Positions 1-9,126 are shown, counted from the first letter of the stretch. The stretch is 37,052 nucleotides of DNA from a virus (IMGVR_UViG_3300022179_001077:1-37052); one strand, 5' to 3'. The notes: generated by a model not told the origin, from the sequence alone. Translations and numbers: made by a program.

Positions 1-435
1 GACCGTGGTAACGACGTGCTTCCGAACGGCAACCTCCTCACCAACACCGCACAGTTCTTTGTGCTGCTGCTCGGTGAAGATGGAATGCCGCAGCGTTGTC
101 TGGTGACCATGACGAGCACGCAGTTGAAGAAGGCTCGCAAGTGGGTCACGCAGATGCAGTCGCGTACCGCAATGGGTAAGAACGGAATGTTCGTCATGCC
201 CATGATGTCGCAAGTATATCGTCTTCGCACTGTCGAAGAGCGTAACGACAAGGGCTCGTGGTTCGGCTGGGAAATCAGTCATGACCGCAGCCTCGACATG
301 GCAACTGAGAAAGCGATCTTTGAGCTTGGTGTTGCGTTCTCGAAGTCCGTTCGCGCCGGTGAGGTGAAGGTTAAGGAAGACCAAGGTGCAGATCACCATG
401 GTTCTTCGACCAGTGACGCGGACGTTCCGTTCTAA
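1..435 (+). CDS. Single-stranded DNA-binding protein-like (5'-truncated)
   Basis: Frame is open from base 1. Acidic C-terminal tail ending DADVPF, and it lies directly upstream of primase/helicase/polymerase. Confidence 0.6.
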   Translation, partial: DRGNDVLPNGNLLTNTAQFFVLLLGEDGMPQRCLVTMTSTQLKKARKWVTQMQSRTAMGKNGMFVMPMMSQVYRLRTVEERNDKGSWFGWEISHDRSLDMATEKAIFELGVAFSKSVRAGEVKVKEDQGADHHGSSTSDADVPF

Positions 436-445
436 TGCAAGGTCC

Positions 446-474
446 GGGGGGCTGCTTCGGCGGTCCCCCTTTTT
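446..474 (+). terminator. Rho-independent terminator
   Basis: GGGGGGCTGC-TTCG-GCGGTCCCCC stem with cUUCGg loop followed by TTTTT. Confidence 0.85.
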
Positions 475-489
475 GAAAGGCGGAAGGGC

Positions 490-2013
490 ATGGACCTTGC
501 GGCAAGGTTTTTTGCGCTGCTTGCTGGCAGCAACATTGCGCATGGCACATTCAATGTGCAGAGCGACAGACAACGGGACGGGAAGAAGCAGGGCCAAGCC
601 CGCATTCTTCGCGAACCTCCGACCGTGGAACATTGGGAAAAGCATCTGAAGGGAGAGACTGGTCTCGGCATCATCCCCATCAAGGCAAACAATCACTGCC
701 ATTGGGGTGCTGTGGACATCGACGTCTACAACCTCGACCACTCCGCGCTGATCAAACAAGTCGAGAAGCACAAGCTTCCGGCTATCGTGTGCCGTTCCAA
801 ATCTGGCGGTGCGCACATGTACTTCTTCTTTACGAAGGAGATCGCTGCGTCAGACCTGCAACCAAAGCTTGTCTCCATCGCCGCGTTACTTGGATACGCG
901 GGATCAGAAGTGTTCCCGAAACAACAAGAGATCCTTGTTGATCGTGGTGACACAGGCAACTTCCTCAACATGCCGTACTTCGGTGGCACACGAACCACGC
1001 GCTACGGATACAACGACAAGGGAGAAAGCCTTGGACCAGAAGAGTTCCTCACCTTTGCAGAACATCGTCAAGTTGATCCTGACACCTTCCTCGATCATGA
1101 GACTGAGCACAAGAAAGCAGAAGAGATACTCCCGAAAGGACCGCCCTGTTTGCAACAGCTCGCTGCCCAAGGTTTCGGTGAAGGCGGTCGTAACAACTCA
1201 CTCTTCAACCTCGGTGTCTACGCACGCATGGCAGCGCCTGACAAATGGGAAGACCGTGTACGTCATTACAATAAAACCCTGATGATACCGCCGCTGTCTG
1301 ACAAGGAGGTCGATCTGATCCTCAGTCAGCTCCAGAAGAAAGAATACTTCTACAAGTGCGACGACCAGCCGATTGCAAGCTACTGCAACAAGGACGTGTG
1401 CCTCGGCCGCAAGTTCGGGATCGGTCCCGGACAGAAAGCCAATGACCTCGGCTCACTGACCAAGATCAACGGCGACCCGCCCATCTGGATCATGGACGTG
1501 GACGGCAAGCGCGTGGAGCTTGGCACCGACAGTCTCGTTTCGCAGAAGCAGTTCCAGAAGGACTGCCTCAACCAGATCAACATCTACCCCAAGACGATGA
1601 GCGAGAAGGCATGGGCTGCTCGTATGCAGACGCTGCTCTCTGCGCTGACCATCATCGAAGTGCCACCGGAAGCCACAACCAAGGGTGAGTTCGAGGAACT
1701 CTTTATCTCGTTCTGTTGCGACCGTGCGCGTGGCGTCGAGCGTGAAGAGATCCTGCAAGGCATTGCCGTGTGGGTGGAGGATCACGTCTTCTTTCAGCTC
1801 CGTGATTTGCAGAAGCATCTCAAGGCCAACAACTTCACCCGCTACAGCAACGTGCAACTCGGCTTGCGGCTCAAGGAGATGAAGGCCGAGAAGGTAGACT
1901 GGCGGGTCAAAGGAAAGACCATCCACATGTGGGCGATGCCTCAGACATTCTTTGCTGGGTCTGAGGATATCCGTATCGAGCTGCCGCCAATGGATGTACC
2001 GGACGTTCTATGA
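490..2013 (+). CDS. Archaeo-eukaryotic-type primase with PriCT-like domain
   Basis: WGAVDID (DxD), RSKSGGAH, GNFLNMPY and PPCL...GGRNNSLFNLG motifs. Confidence 0.8.
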   Translation: MDLAARFFALLAGSNIAHGTFNVQSDRQRDGKKQGQARILREPPTVEHWEKHLKGETGLGIIPIKANNHCHWGAVDIDVYNLDHSALIKQVEKHKLPAIVCRSKSGGAHMYFFFTKEIAASDLQPKLVSIAALLGYAGSEVFPKQQEILVDRGDTGNFLNMPYFGGTRTTRYGYNDKGESLGPEEFLTFAEHRQVDPDTFLDHETEHKKAEEILPKGPPCLQQLAAQGFGEGGRNNSLFNLGVYARMAAPDKWEDRVRHYNKTLMIPPLSDKEVDLILSQLQKKEYFYKCDDQPIASYCNKDVCLGRKFGIGPGQKANDLGSLTKINGDPPIWIMDVDGKRVELGTDSLVSQKQFQKDCLNQINIYPKTMSEKAWAARMQTLLSALTIIEVPPEATTKGEFEELFISFCCDRARGVEREEILQGIAVWVEDHVFFQLRDLQKHLKANNFTRYSNVQLGLRLKEMKAEKVDWRVKGKTIHMWAMPQTFFAGSEDIRIELPPMDVPDVL

Positions 2014-3524
2014 TGCACATCATCCTTGGACCACCCGGCACTGGCAAAACCACCAAGCTCCTGACGATGGTCGAGGAGGCGCTGAACCGTGGGATTTCTC
2101 CAGAAAGAATTGGATACTTTTCTTTCACGAGAAGAGCCGCAGAAGAAGCCATCCAACGCGCGACCCGGCGGTTCGGCCTGACCTACAAGGATCTGCCGTA
2201 CTTCCGGACTCTGCACAGCCTCGCGATGCATCGAGCCGGGATCGACAAGAAGCGCGTGATGGGCTGGGCGCATTACGAAGACTGCGCGAAGTGGCTGAAG
2301 GTGACTCCGTTCAAGGAGGTTCGCCCGGCGGATGAGGGTCCGTATCAAGAGTACGGGATGGGCGACCGCTTCCTCGAAGTGATCAACATGTCCCGCATCT
2401 GCCTGCTTCCGCTGCGCCAAGTCTACAACCATTCGACCGTCCCCCAGACGACCGACTTCTCCAAGGTCGAGTATGTGGACCGTGGGCTGCGCGCGTACAA
2501 GAAAGCGCATGACCTGTACGACTTCACCGACATGCTGGAAATCTTCCTGCAACAGAAGCTGTCCCCGCAGTTCGACATCGTCTTCATCGACGAGGTGCAA
2601 GACCTGTCGCCTATCCAGTGGCAGATGGTCCACCAGATCGCCGAGCGCAGCAAGCAGGTCGTGATCGCAGGTGATGACGACCAAGCTATCTACCGTTGGG
2701 CAGGGGCTGATGTCGAATACTTCATCCGCCTGCAAGGCACGACGGAGGTTCTGGGGCAGAGCTATCGCATCCCAGCATCGCACCACGCCATGAGCCAGCG
2801 CCTGATCTCCAGCGTCCACCACCGCAGGCGCAAGGAGTTTCTTCCGCGGCCTGAGGATGGCAGCATCATCTGGCACAGGCACAGCGAGGAAGTCGATCTC
2901 GAACGGGACGACTGGCTGTTGCTGGCCCGCACACGCAAGCTTGCTATGCAGTTGGAAGACGAGGTGCGTCAGCGTGGGATGCTCTACACCTTCAGTCTGT
3001 CGAAGGACATCGACCACCGCACACTCGAAGCCATCCAGATGTGGGAGGCGCTGCGCCGAGGCGAAGGCCTGACGGCAAAGGATGTGCGCGCAGTCTACCG
3101 GCAGATGCTGCTGAACAAGCAAGTGCAGCGGGGCCACAAGACGCTGCCTGATGTGCCAGAAGATTGTGTGCTGACCATCGGTGATCTGACCACCAACCAT
3201 GGACTGCTGACAACTGCGCCGTGGGATGATGCTTTGGGTGCCATTCCAGACAACGAAGTGGTATACTTCAAAGCGTGCCTTAGAAGGGGCGAGGACTTCA
3301 CAAAGAAGCCGAGGATCAGGATCTCAACCATCCACTCGGCCAAGGGTGCGGAGGCAACAAACGTCTTGCTTGTCACCGACTACCCGCAGAAGGTAACGGG
3401 AAGCGTGAGGGATGTTCACGAGGCTGACGACGAGAAGCGCGTCTTCTATGTCGGTCTCACAAGGGCAAAGAAAGAGTTGCACTTGATCCATCCAATGGTG
3501 TCGAAGGGGTTCCCGCTGACATGA
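2010..3524 (+). CDS. UvrD/Rep-like superfamily 1 DNA helicase
   Basis: GPPGTGKT, FIDEVQD, AGDDDQAIY, QSYR, STIHSAKGAE, YVGLTRAK. Confidence 0.93.
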   Translation: MMHIILGPPGTGKTTKLLTMVEEALNRGISPERIGYFSFTRRAAEEAIQRATRRFGLTYKDLPYFRTLHSLAMHRAGIDKKRVMGWAHYEDCAKWLKVTPFKEVRPADEGPYQEYGMGDRFLEVINMSRICLLPLRQVYNHSTVPQTTDFSKVEYVDRGLRAYKKAHDLYDFTDMLEIFLQQKLSPQFDIVFIDEVQDLSPIQWQMVHQIAERSKQVVIAGDDDQAIYRWAGADVEYFIRLQGTTEVLGQSYRIPASHHAMSQRLISSVHHRRRKEFLPRPEDGSIIWHRHSEEVDLERDDWLLLARTRKLAMQLEDEVRQRGMLYTFSLSKDIDHRTLEAIQMWEALRRGEGLTAKDVRAVYRQMLLNKQVQRGHKTLPDVPEDCVLTIGDLTTNHGLLTTAPWDDALGAIPDNEVVYFKACLRRGEDFTKKPRIRISTIHSAKGAEATNVLLVTDYPQKVTGSVRDVHEADDEKRVFYVGLTRAKKELHLIHPMVSKGFPLT

Positions 3525-3745
3525 ACATAGACGCTGAAGTCTACGCCGTCTGTGCCTGTGGCAAGGACGAGATGATTACAACCTTACGGAAGGTCAAGAA
3601 CTCTTGGCCGTTCTGTTCCTGCAAGCAGTCGATGAAGGTGACCAATGACATTCCAGTATCAGCACGAGACCGAGTGGGTGATGCCGGAGGTCTACCCGGA
3701 TTTGTCCGGCGCAAGGTTAGTCGCAATCGACTTGGAAACCTATGA
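3521..3745 (+). CDS. Small CxC...CxC putative Zn-binding protein
   Basis: ATGA coupling to helicase stop and CACG/CSCK motifs. The 3' end overlaps polA by about 100 nt. Confidence 0.45.
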   Translation: MNIDAEVYAVCACGKDEMITTLRKVKNSWPFCSCKQSMKVTNDIPVSARDRVGDAGGLPGFVRRKVSRNRLGNL

Positions 3746-5540
3746 CCCCGATCTGAAAGAGACGGGCGCTGGATGGGCAACCAAGAAAGGGCACGTCATT
3801 GGCATTGCGGTGGCCGTGGAGGGCTCTTCTTGGTACTTCCCTATCCGACATGCCAACGGCGGAAACCTCGACCCACGGATGACGCTAGGCTGGCTGCGCG
3901 AGGTCTGCGCAATGGAGGACTGCACCTTCGTCTTCCACAACGCTATGTACGACATCGGCTGGCTGAAGCACGAGGGCGTCGAGATCAAGGGCAGGATCGC
4001 CGATACGATGGTGGCTGCCCCGCTGCTGGACGAGAACCGCTTCAGCTATTCTCTGAACAACCTCGGCTTCGACTATCTCAAAGAGCGCAAGGACGAACGC
4101 TCGCTGCGCGAAGCGGCCAAGGAGATGGGCCTCGACCCCAAGAGCGAGATGTGGAAACTGCCTGCCCATTTCGTCGGGCGCTACGCGGAACAAGATGCCG
4201 CCCTGACCCTGCGCTTGTGGCAACAGTTGAGCAGCCTGATCGTGGCCGAGGAGATGTCCTCGATCTTCGATCTGGAGATGCGCGTCCTGAAGGTCTGCCT
4301 CGCCATGCGCGAGCGCGGGGTGCGGGTCGATCTGGAAAAGGCCGACCGGGTGAAGGGCCGACTCCAGAAGGAGGAGGAAGAGATCCTCCGCAAGGTCCAG
4401 AAGGAGACAGGCATCGAGGTGAATGTCTGGGCGGCTGCCTCCGTTGCAAAGGTCTTCGACGCTCTCAGCCTGACCTACCCACGCACGGCAAAATCTGACG
4501 CCCCCTCCTTCACCAAGAACTTCCTTGCCACGCACGAGCACCCAGTGGCCAAGGCCATCGTCCGCGCCCGCGAACTGAACAAGGCCCGCACGACATTCAT
4601 CGACAGCATCACTAAGCACACGGTGAATGGCAGGATCCACGCCGAAATCCACCAGCTCCGATCCGACGACGGGGGCACGGTGACCGGGCGCTTCTCGTAT
4701 TCCTCGCCCAACCTTCAGCAAATCCCGGCGCGCGACAACGAGATCAGCCCTCTGATTCGCGGCCTCTTCCTGCCGGAGGAAGGGGAACTGTGGGGGAGCT
4801 TCGACTACTCCTCCCAAGAACCTCGGATCGTGGTCCACTATTCTTCAATCCTGAAGATGCGAGGGGCCGATCAATTCGTCGAGGCATATAACGCTGACCC
4901 TCGGTCGGACTTCCACCAGCTCGCTGCCGACATCGTGGGTGTCCCACGCAAGCAAGCAAAGACCATCAACCTTGGCCTGTTCTACGGCATGGGCGTAAAC
5001 AAGCTGGGCGAGCAGCTCGGCCTCGACTTCGAGAGCGCGAAGGAATTGTTCGCCGTCTATCATGACAAGGTTCCTTTCGTGAAGGAGCTGACGTCCCGCG
5101 TCTCCTCGACAGCCGACAGCCGGGGCGTGATCCGTACTCTGCTTGGCCGCCGCTGCCGCTTCGACAAGTGGGAGCCACGATCCTTCGGGGCACACAAGGC
5201 CTACTCCTTTGAGGAGGCCCGGCAAGTCTATGGCGAGACCACCTTGCTGAAGCGGGCGTTCACCTACAAGGCCCTCAACCGTTTGATTCAAGGCTCGGCT
5301 GCGGACCAGACCAAGAAGGCTATGGTGGACCTCTACGACGCTGGCATCCTGCCCATGATCCAGATCCACGACGAACTGGCGCTGTCTGTGTCGAGCCGCG
5401 AACAGGCCGACAAGATCATGGACGTGATGCAGAACTGCGTCACCCTCGAAGTCCCCTCGGTTGTCGATGCCGAACTCGGCCCGTCATGGGGCGAGGCTAC
5501 GAAGGGTCTGGACGAGGCATTCCCAAGCGATCCCGAATGA
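3645..5540 (+). CDS. polA: Family A DNA polymerase with 3'-5' exonuclease
   Basis: IDLET, FHNAMYD, TGRFS, PNLQQIP, motif A DYSSQEPR, motif B KTINLGLFYGMG, IQGSAAD, motif C QIHDEL. Confidence 0.96.
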   Translation: MTFQYQHETEWVMPEVYPDLSGARLVAIDLETYDPDLKETGAGWATKKGHVIGIAVAVEGSSWYFPIRHANGGNLDPRMTLGWLREVCAMEDCTFVFHNAMYDIGWLKHEGVEIKGRIADTMVAAPLLDENRFSYSLNNLGFDYLKERKDERSLREAAKEMGLDPKSEMWKLPAHFVGRYAEQDAALTLRLWQQLSSLIVAEEMSSIFDLEMRVLKVCLAMRERGVRVDLEKADRVKGRLQKEEEEILRKVQKETGIEVNVWAAASVAKVFDALSLTYPRTAKSDAPSFTKNFLATHEHPVAKAIVRARELNKARTTFIDSITKHTVNGRIHAEIHQLRSDDGGTVTGRFSYSSPNLQQIPARDNEISPLIRGLFLPEEGELWGSFDYSSQEPRIVVHYSSILKMRGADQFVEAYNADPRSDFHQLAADIVGVPRKQAKTINLGLFYGMGVNKLGEQLGLDFESAKELFAVYHDKVPFVKELTSRVSSTADSRGVIRTLLGRRCRFDKWEPRSFGAHKAYSFEEARQVYGETTLLKRAFTYKALNRLIQGSAADQTKKAMVDLYDAGILPMIQIHDELALSVSSREQADKIMDVMQNCVTLEVPSVVDAELGPSWGEATKGLDEAFPSDPE

Positions 5541-5808
5541 GGGACTTGTCCACGGCCTTCAGGTAATAGCCCTCACCGTACTGTGAGAAGATCACGACCC
5601 CGTGCTTCTCCATCTGAGCGCGCAAACGATAGGCGATCATCCGATCAGCATTGTGATACGGACGGTCGCCGTGGAAGGTCGAGATCAGTTTGGACAGGTC
5701 GTCCTTCCGCACCCGCTCCCTGTGCAAAAGGAGCTGGAGGAAAGCAGCCAGTTGGGTCGGCAAACCGAAAACCCTTTTGATCTCAAGGAGTTGTTCGCTC
5801 TCAGTCAT
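5497..5808 (-). CDS. OmpR/PhoB-type (Trans_reg_C) winged-helix DNA-binding protein, no receiver domain
   Basis: LAAFLQLLL...RMIAYRLRAQM...IFSQYGEGYYL matches the recognition helix and wing (I.TV.G.GY.L) pattern. Confidence 0.7.
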   Translation of the reverse strand: MTESEQLLEIKRVFGLPTQLAAFLQLLLHRERVRKDDLSKLISTFHGDRPYHNADRMIAYRLRAQMEKHGVVIFSQYGEGYYLKAVDKSLIRDRLGMPRPDPS

Positions 5809-5814
5809 GGTGAC

Positions 5815-5844
5815 ATTATTGACAATTCAAACTCAATTGTCAAT
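5815..5844 (-). promoter_or_regulatory. Sigma70-like promoter overlapped by a 10-bp palindromic operator
   Basis: TTGACA-17nt-AATAAT on the minus strand, and inverted repeat ATTGACAATT-7nt-AATTGTCAAT (5818-5844). Confidence 0.6.
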
Positions 5845-6094
5845 TATTATTGACCAGATCTCGGATCTCATCTTCAAGATCGTCCACCACCTTTTCCAGA
5901 TCCTTGAACTTATCTTCGAGTTCGACCAGCTCGTTCCGACTCTCGTGGATCTCGGACATCAAATCCTCGATGACCTGAAGGGAACGGTACAGAAGGGCGT
6001 CCGGGTGGAGGCGGTACCGCTTCTCCATGTAGGGTGGCTTCTTGTCTTGTAGCGCCTGTTGGATGTCGGCGACGAGGCTATCGACTTCATGCAT
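5840..6094 (-). CDS. Hypothetical coiled-coil protein
   Basis: Start MHEVDS with GAGGAG SD and acidic heptad C-terminus. Confidence 0.6.
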   Translation of the reverse strand: MHEVDSLVADIQQALQDKKPPYMEKRYRLHPDALLYRSLQVIEDLMSEIHESRNELVELEDKFKDLEKVVDDLEDEIRDLVNNN

Positions 6095-6362
6095 AGTGAA
6101 CTCTCCTCTTGACGCATTCGGTGGCGGTCTCGACCAAGCGTGGATCATCCATAAGCAGTTTGGACAGGGCCTCGAAGTCGGGGCCTTCGGTCCACCGACC
6201 ACGGTACTTGAAGCCATCCTGTGTAAGGATCCCATGGAACTCCTTGGGGAACCATTCCAGAGTGGCTGAGAAGTAGAAGACGTAGACCACCCCAAAGAAC
6301 TCAAGGTTCTCCCCCTTCAGTTCCAGCTCTCCCAGATCCAATGACGGTGCCTGCGTGGTCAC
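6087..6362 (-). CDS. Hypothetical protein
   Basis: GTG start (GTGA overlap with upstream stop) and GGAG SD. Confidence 0.55.
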   Translation of the reverse strand: MTTQAPSLDLGELELKGENLEFFGVVYVFYFSATLEWFPKEFHGILTQDGFKYRGRWTEGPDFEALSKLLMDDPRLVETATECVKRRVHYA

Positions 6363-6574
6363 TTCTTCTTCTCCATCTTCACATAGATCAGGGCGTAATG
6401 CTCCGCGCAGTACGGCCTTGATGGTTTCACGACGGGTTCGCCACAAAAGATAGCAAACCCCTTCTTCGTCCTACGGTCCGTGACCCATCGACAGTCCATC
6501 AGACCAGCGGTAAGGACGGTGCAATTTCCAACTCGCTTTGGTACGGACGCCTCACGCTGCTCTAGGTGGGACAT
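6359..6574 (-). CDS. GcrA-like protein (C-terminal Zn/DNA-binding domain only)
   Basis: CRW...FCG...PYCAEH...Y signature of the GcrA C-terminal domain. Confidence 0.8.
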   Translation of the reverse strand: MSHLEQREASVPKRVGNCTVLTAGLMDCRWVTDRRTKKGFAIFCGEPVVKPSRPYCAEHYALIYVKMEKKK

Positions 6575-6633
6575 GTCTTGCTCCGCGTTAATAGTGGGGT
6601 CGCCTTATTAACGGAAACCCCACTATCCTTTAA

Positions 6634-7239
6634 TTAGCCGCCAACATAGCGGCGCTGTGACGGGATCGCCATGGCCATGCGGATATACTTCTGCTTGTAC
6701 TCCTCATGGCGCTTGGCAAGCCTCTGGTTCCAGCCCACCCAACCTGCAACGTGGCAGGCCGCGAGAGCCTTGAAGGTCGTTGCTCCGACCGAGATGCACT
6801 TCTCAACGTGGCGCAAGCCTGCTTCGATCTGTGCTTCGCATGAGCGATGCAGATCTTTGGCCGACACGCCGAGTGCTTCTGCGCTCGACGGCATCACCTG
6901 AAGCGGGCCGACGGCTCGACCAACGCGCGTCTGCGGACCCTTGATGTGGCAGGTGAAGTTTGACTCCAACTTTGCCAAACGAAGCACGTCATCGACATAC
7001 TTCTCACCAAGCTTCTTGCGCGTTGCAGATGCGAGTGCATCGACGACCGCTTGCTTGTTATTCGGAATGCTCCCAACTTTCTTTGCAGTGTCATTCCAAA
7101 TGCTATTGCGTTCAGCCATAGCGACGTAGGTCTTGTCAGTCATGAAGAAGTGGCCTGTCCACTCTTCATTGTGAGCCATCGCTGGACTTGACAGAAACAG
7201 TAGTGCTGTTGCCGTCAAAGCTGACCTGATATTTGTCAT
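6634..7239 (-). CDS. Exported soluble lytic transglycosylase (SLT domain)
   Basis: Signal peptide ending AMA, catalytic LESNF, AVGPLQVMP, AGGAG SD. Confidence 0.8.
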   Translation of the reverse strand: MTNIRSALTATALLFLSSPAMAHNEEWTGHFFMTDKTYVAMAERNSIWNDTAKKVGSIPNNKQAVVDALASATRKKLGEKYVDDVLRLAKLESNFTCHIKGPQTRVGRAVGPLQVMPSSAEALGVSAKDLHRSCEAQIEAGLRHVEKCISVGATTFKALAACHVAGWVGWNQRLAKRHEEYKQKYIRMAMAIPSQRRYVGG

Positions 7240-7591
7240 TCGTATTCTCCTGCTTTATGGGAGCAAACCGCTTTGCCATAGCGGCAATGTCGTCCTCTAC
7301 AGTGGGTTGAGCGCCTGCTGGCGCGATGAACGCTTCCTTGGCGAACTGGCCAGAGAAGGTCGCGTAGTTTATGCCATCAACATAGTTGTCGTCCAGCAGC
7401 GGGTTCACACGGCGACGTGCCATCTTTACGGATTCAAGAATGCTCGTAACCTCATATTTTGTAATGGGTTTTCCGATTAGCAAGGTCGCAATCTGTGCCG
7501 CTGTTTCAAACATGAAATCAACGTCACCATATGCTTGACCGCGTGTATTGACTGTTTCAGCGGCAGCCATCAGAATTTGATCGTGTCTCAT
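7166..7591 (-). CDS. DUF6378-like phage protein
   Basis: RGQAYGD...F...A...VKMAR...DDNYVDGINY pattern. Confidence 0.7.
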   Translation of the reverse strand: MRHDQILMAAAETVNTRGQAYGDVDFMFETAAQIATLLIGKPITKYEVTSILESVKMARRRVNPLLDDNYVDGINYATFSGQFAKEAFIAPAGAQPTVEDDIAAMAKRFAPIKQENTNDKYQVSFDGNSTTVSVKSSDGSQ

Positions 7592-8160
7592 TTGCTTTGC
7601 TCCTTCTCTTTCTTCAGAAGTTCTTCATACTTTGCTACACCATACATGATGGTGGAATGATCTTTACCAAGGCGCTTACCCACCGCTGAGTAGGACATGT
7701 TACGTTCCACCTTCAGCCTGTAGTAAACTTCCTGCCTTGCTTTGACTATTTTGTTTGTCCTCCCTTCTCCGAGAACATCCTTGTAGGATACCTTGTGCTT
7801 CTTGCACACGTCAAGGATGACCTGTTTCCAAGGTGGAACGTAGCTTTCCAACTTAGCTGTCAAGAAATCCTTGATCAGAGGTTTCGAGCGCACGACGCTA
7901 TAATCGTCGATGTGATCGTTGAACACCGCGCGCTTGTTTGTCTTGGCCACGAAGATCGCTTCAAACTTTGGGAAGTCCTCGTCCTCTTCGAGATATGCGC
8001 CCTCCTCGTCAGCGTAGCTAAACTCCGAGAACATATCGGGGTTGATCGACAGCTCGTGAAACACCGTCCACGGCACACGGACCCATGCATGTGCAGGGTC
8101 TGAGTAGAAGTCGAAGATATGCGGAACGCGGTTAGCGTTTGCTGCTTGCGCCATGTCCAT
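7588..8160 (-). CDS. Two-domain protein with C-terminal DnaA domain IV-like HTH
   Basis: N-terminal SDPAHAW...YLEEDED phage domain, then R...IVKARQ...MSYSAVGKRLGKDHSTIMYG. Start at MDMAQ is inferred. Confidence 0.75.
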   Translation of the reverse strand: MDMAQAANANRVPHIFDFYSDPAHAWVRVPWTVFHELSINPDMFSEFSYADEEGAYLEEDEDFPKFEAIFVAKTNKRAVFNDHIDDYSVVRSKPLIKDFLTAKLESYVPPWKQVILDVCKKHKVSYKDVLGEGRTNKIVKARQEVYYRLKVERNMSYSAVGKRLGKDHSTIMYGVAKYEELLKKEKEQSK

Positions 8161-8161
8161 C

Positions 8162-8413
8162 TTATTCCCCCGAAAGCCAAAGACGGATTTCATCGCTGCC
8201 CTCATCGGTGTGCTGAATGCACTTCCAGTTCGCTGGGATCTTGCCCATGCGCTTGTAGCGGTCGAAGCTCCCGCGCGCAGCGGCTGCGGCGGTCCGACCT
8301 TGGACCGTGAAGCTATCGCCCGGCTTCATTGTCAGCCACGGATACAGTGGCAGATGTCGAGGCCGAACCTTCGGCATCGGCACATTGCTTTGTACGCTTG
8401 GTGTATCACTCAT
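8162..8413 (-). CDS. Small phage protein (YPW.M.PGDSF motif), possibly DNA-binding
   Basis: VPMP...YPWLTMKPGDSF...IRLW motif common in small phage proteins. Confidence 0.6.
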   Translation of the reverse strand: MSDTPSVQSNVPMPKVRPRHLPLYPWLTMKPGDSFTVQGRTAAAAARGSFDRYKRMGKIPANWKCIQHTDEGSDEIRLWLSGE

Positions 8414-9126
8414 TGCAGTGTCTCCTTATTCGTCTCAAACTTACGCCAATTCTCAACGGGCTGTAGGCCAAGTGGCTTTGCTTGTTTTTCTTTGTAGGTC
8501 AGCAAGATGTCCCCTGCTATACACACACGTCGTTCGTTAAACGCCGCTATTGTCTTAACACCTGTGTCCGGGCCGGGTTGGGATGGAATGGTTCCGTGAT
8601 ACATGTTCGATGAGAACACCATCAACTGCCCTTCGCGCACGTCGAATATCCAAGTGTACGAATTGATGTGGTCCCACTCTGTTGGGTTGTTCCACCTAGC
8701 CATTCCGGCATATGGCTCGTGCTTGTTTTCATGGTTCTGAAACAAGATTGGTGTGTTGGCTTCCTCCGGGACATTGATGTAGTACGAAAACGAGATGTGC
8801 GCATCCTTGTGTCCGTGCACCTGCGTCTCACGGTTTTTCGTGACGTTCATCCATGACTTTACGACGTGGTAATCAAACAGGTTGGGGTCGATGTTGTAAT
8901 TCGACACAAACTTTTTTGCCTCTTTGACTGCAAATTCATACAAGGGTCGAAGCACCGTTTCATGGTGCATTGTTACATGCCCCGTCATCTCGTCTGAAAA
9001 CCCATCCCCATTGAAGTAAGACAAGGCCACTTTCTTAAAAGCCTTCTTAAGGTTTGCTTGCCCTTCAAAGTGACTTTCCATTATGTAACTTGGAAAGATC
9101 AGGTGGTGTTTTGTTTCGTCCGTCAT
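8410..9126 (-). CDS. 2OG-Fe(II) oxygenase (TIGR02466-like)
   Basis: SWMN, HGH, SFSYY, EGQLMVFSSNMYH, RVCIAGD. Start MTDETK after GAAGGTG SD. Confidence 0.8.
   Translation of the reverse strand: MTDETKHHLIFPSYIMESHFEGQANLKKAFKKVALSYFNGDGFSDEMTGHVTMHHETVLRPLYEFAVKEAKKFVSNYNIDPNLFDYHVVKSWMNVTKNRETQVHGHKDAHISFSYYINVPEEANTPILFQNHENKHEPYAGMARWNNPTEWDHINSYTWIFDVREGQLMVFSSNMYHGTIPSQPGPDTGVKTIAAFNERRVCIAGDILLTYKEKQAKPLGLQPVENWRKFETNKETLQ

Noticed and set aside
1941-4838. Long minus-strand ORFs (419 aa, 317 aa) antisense to helicase and polA
   Set aside because: Typical antisense shadows of high-GC3 coding sequence, with no motifs or RBS
6575-6633. Known riboswitch (preQ1, SAM-II) or HDV-like ribozyme
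   Set aside because: The conserved core nucleotides could not be matched by eye, so it is kept only as an unassigned structure
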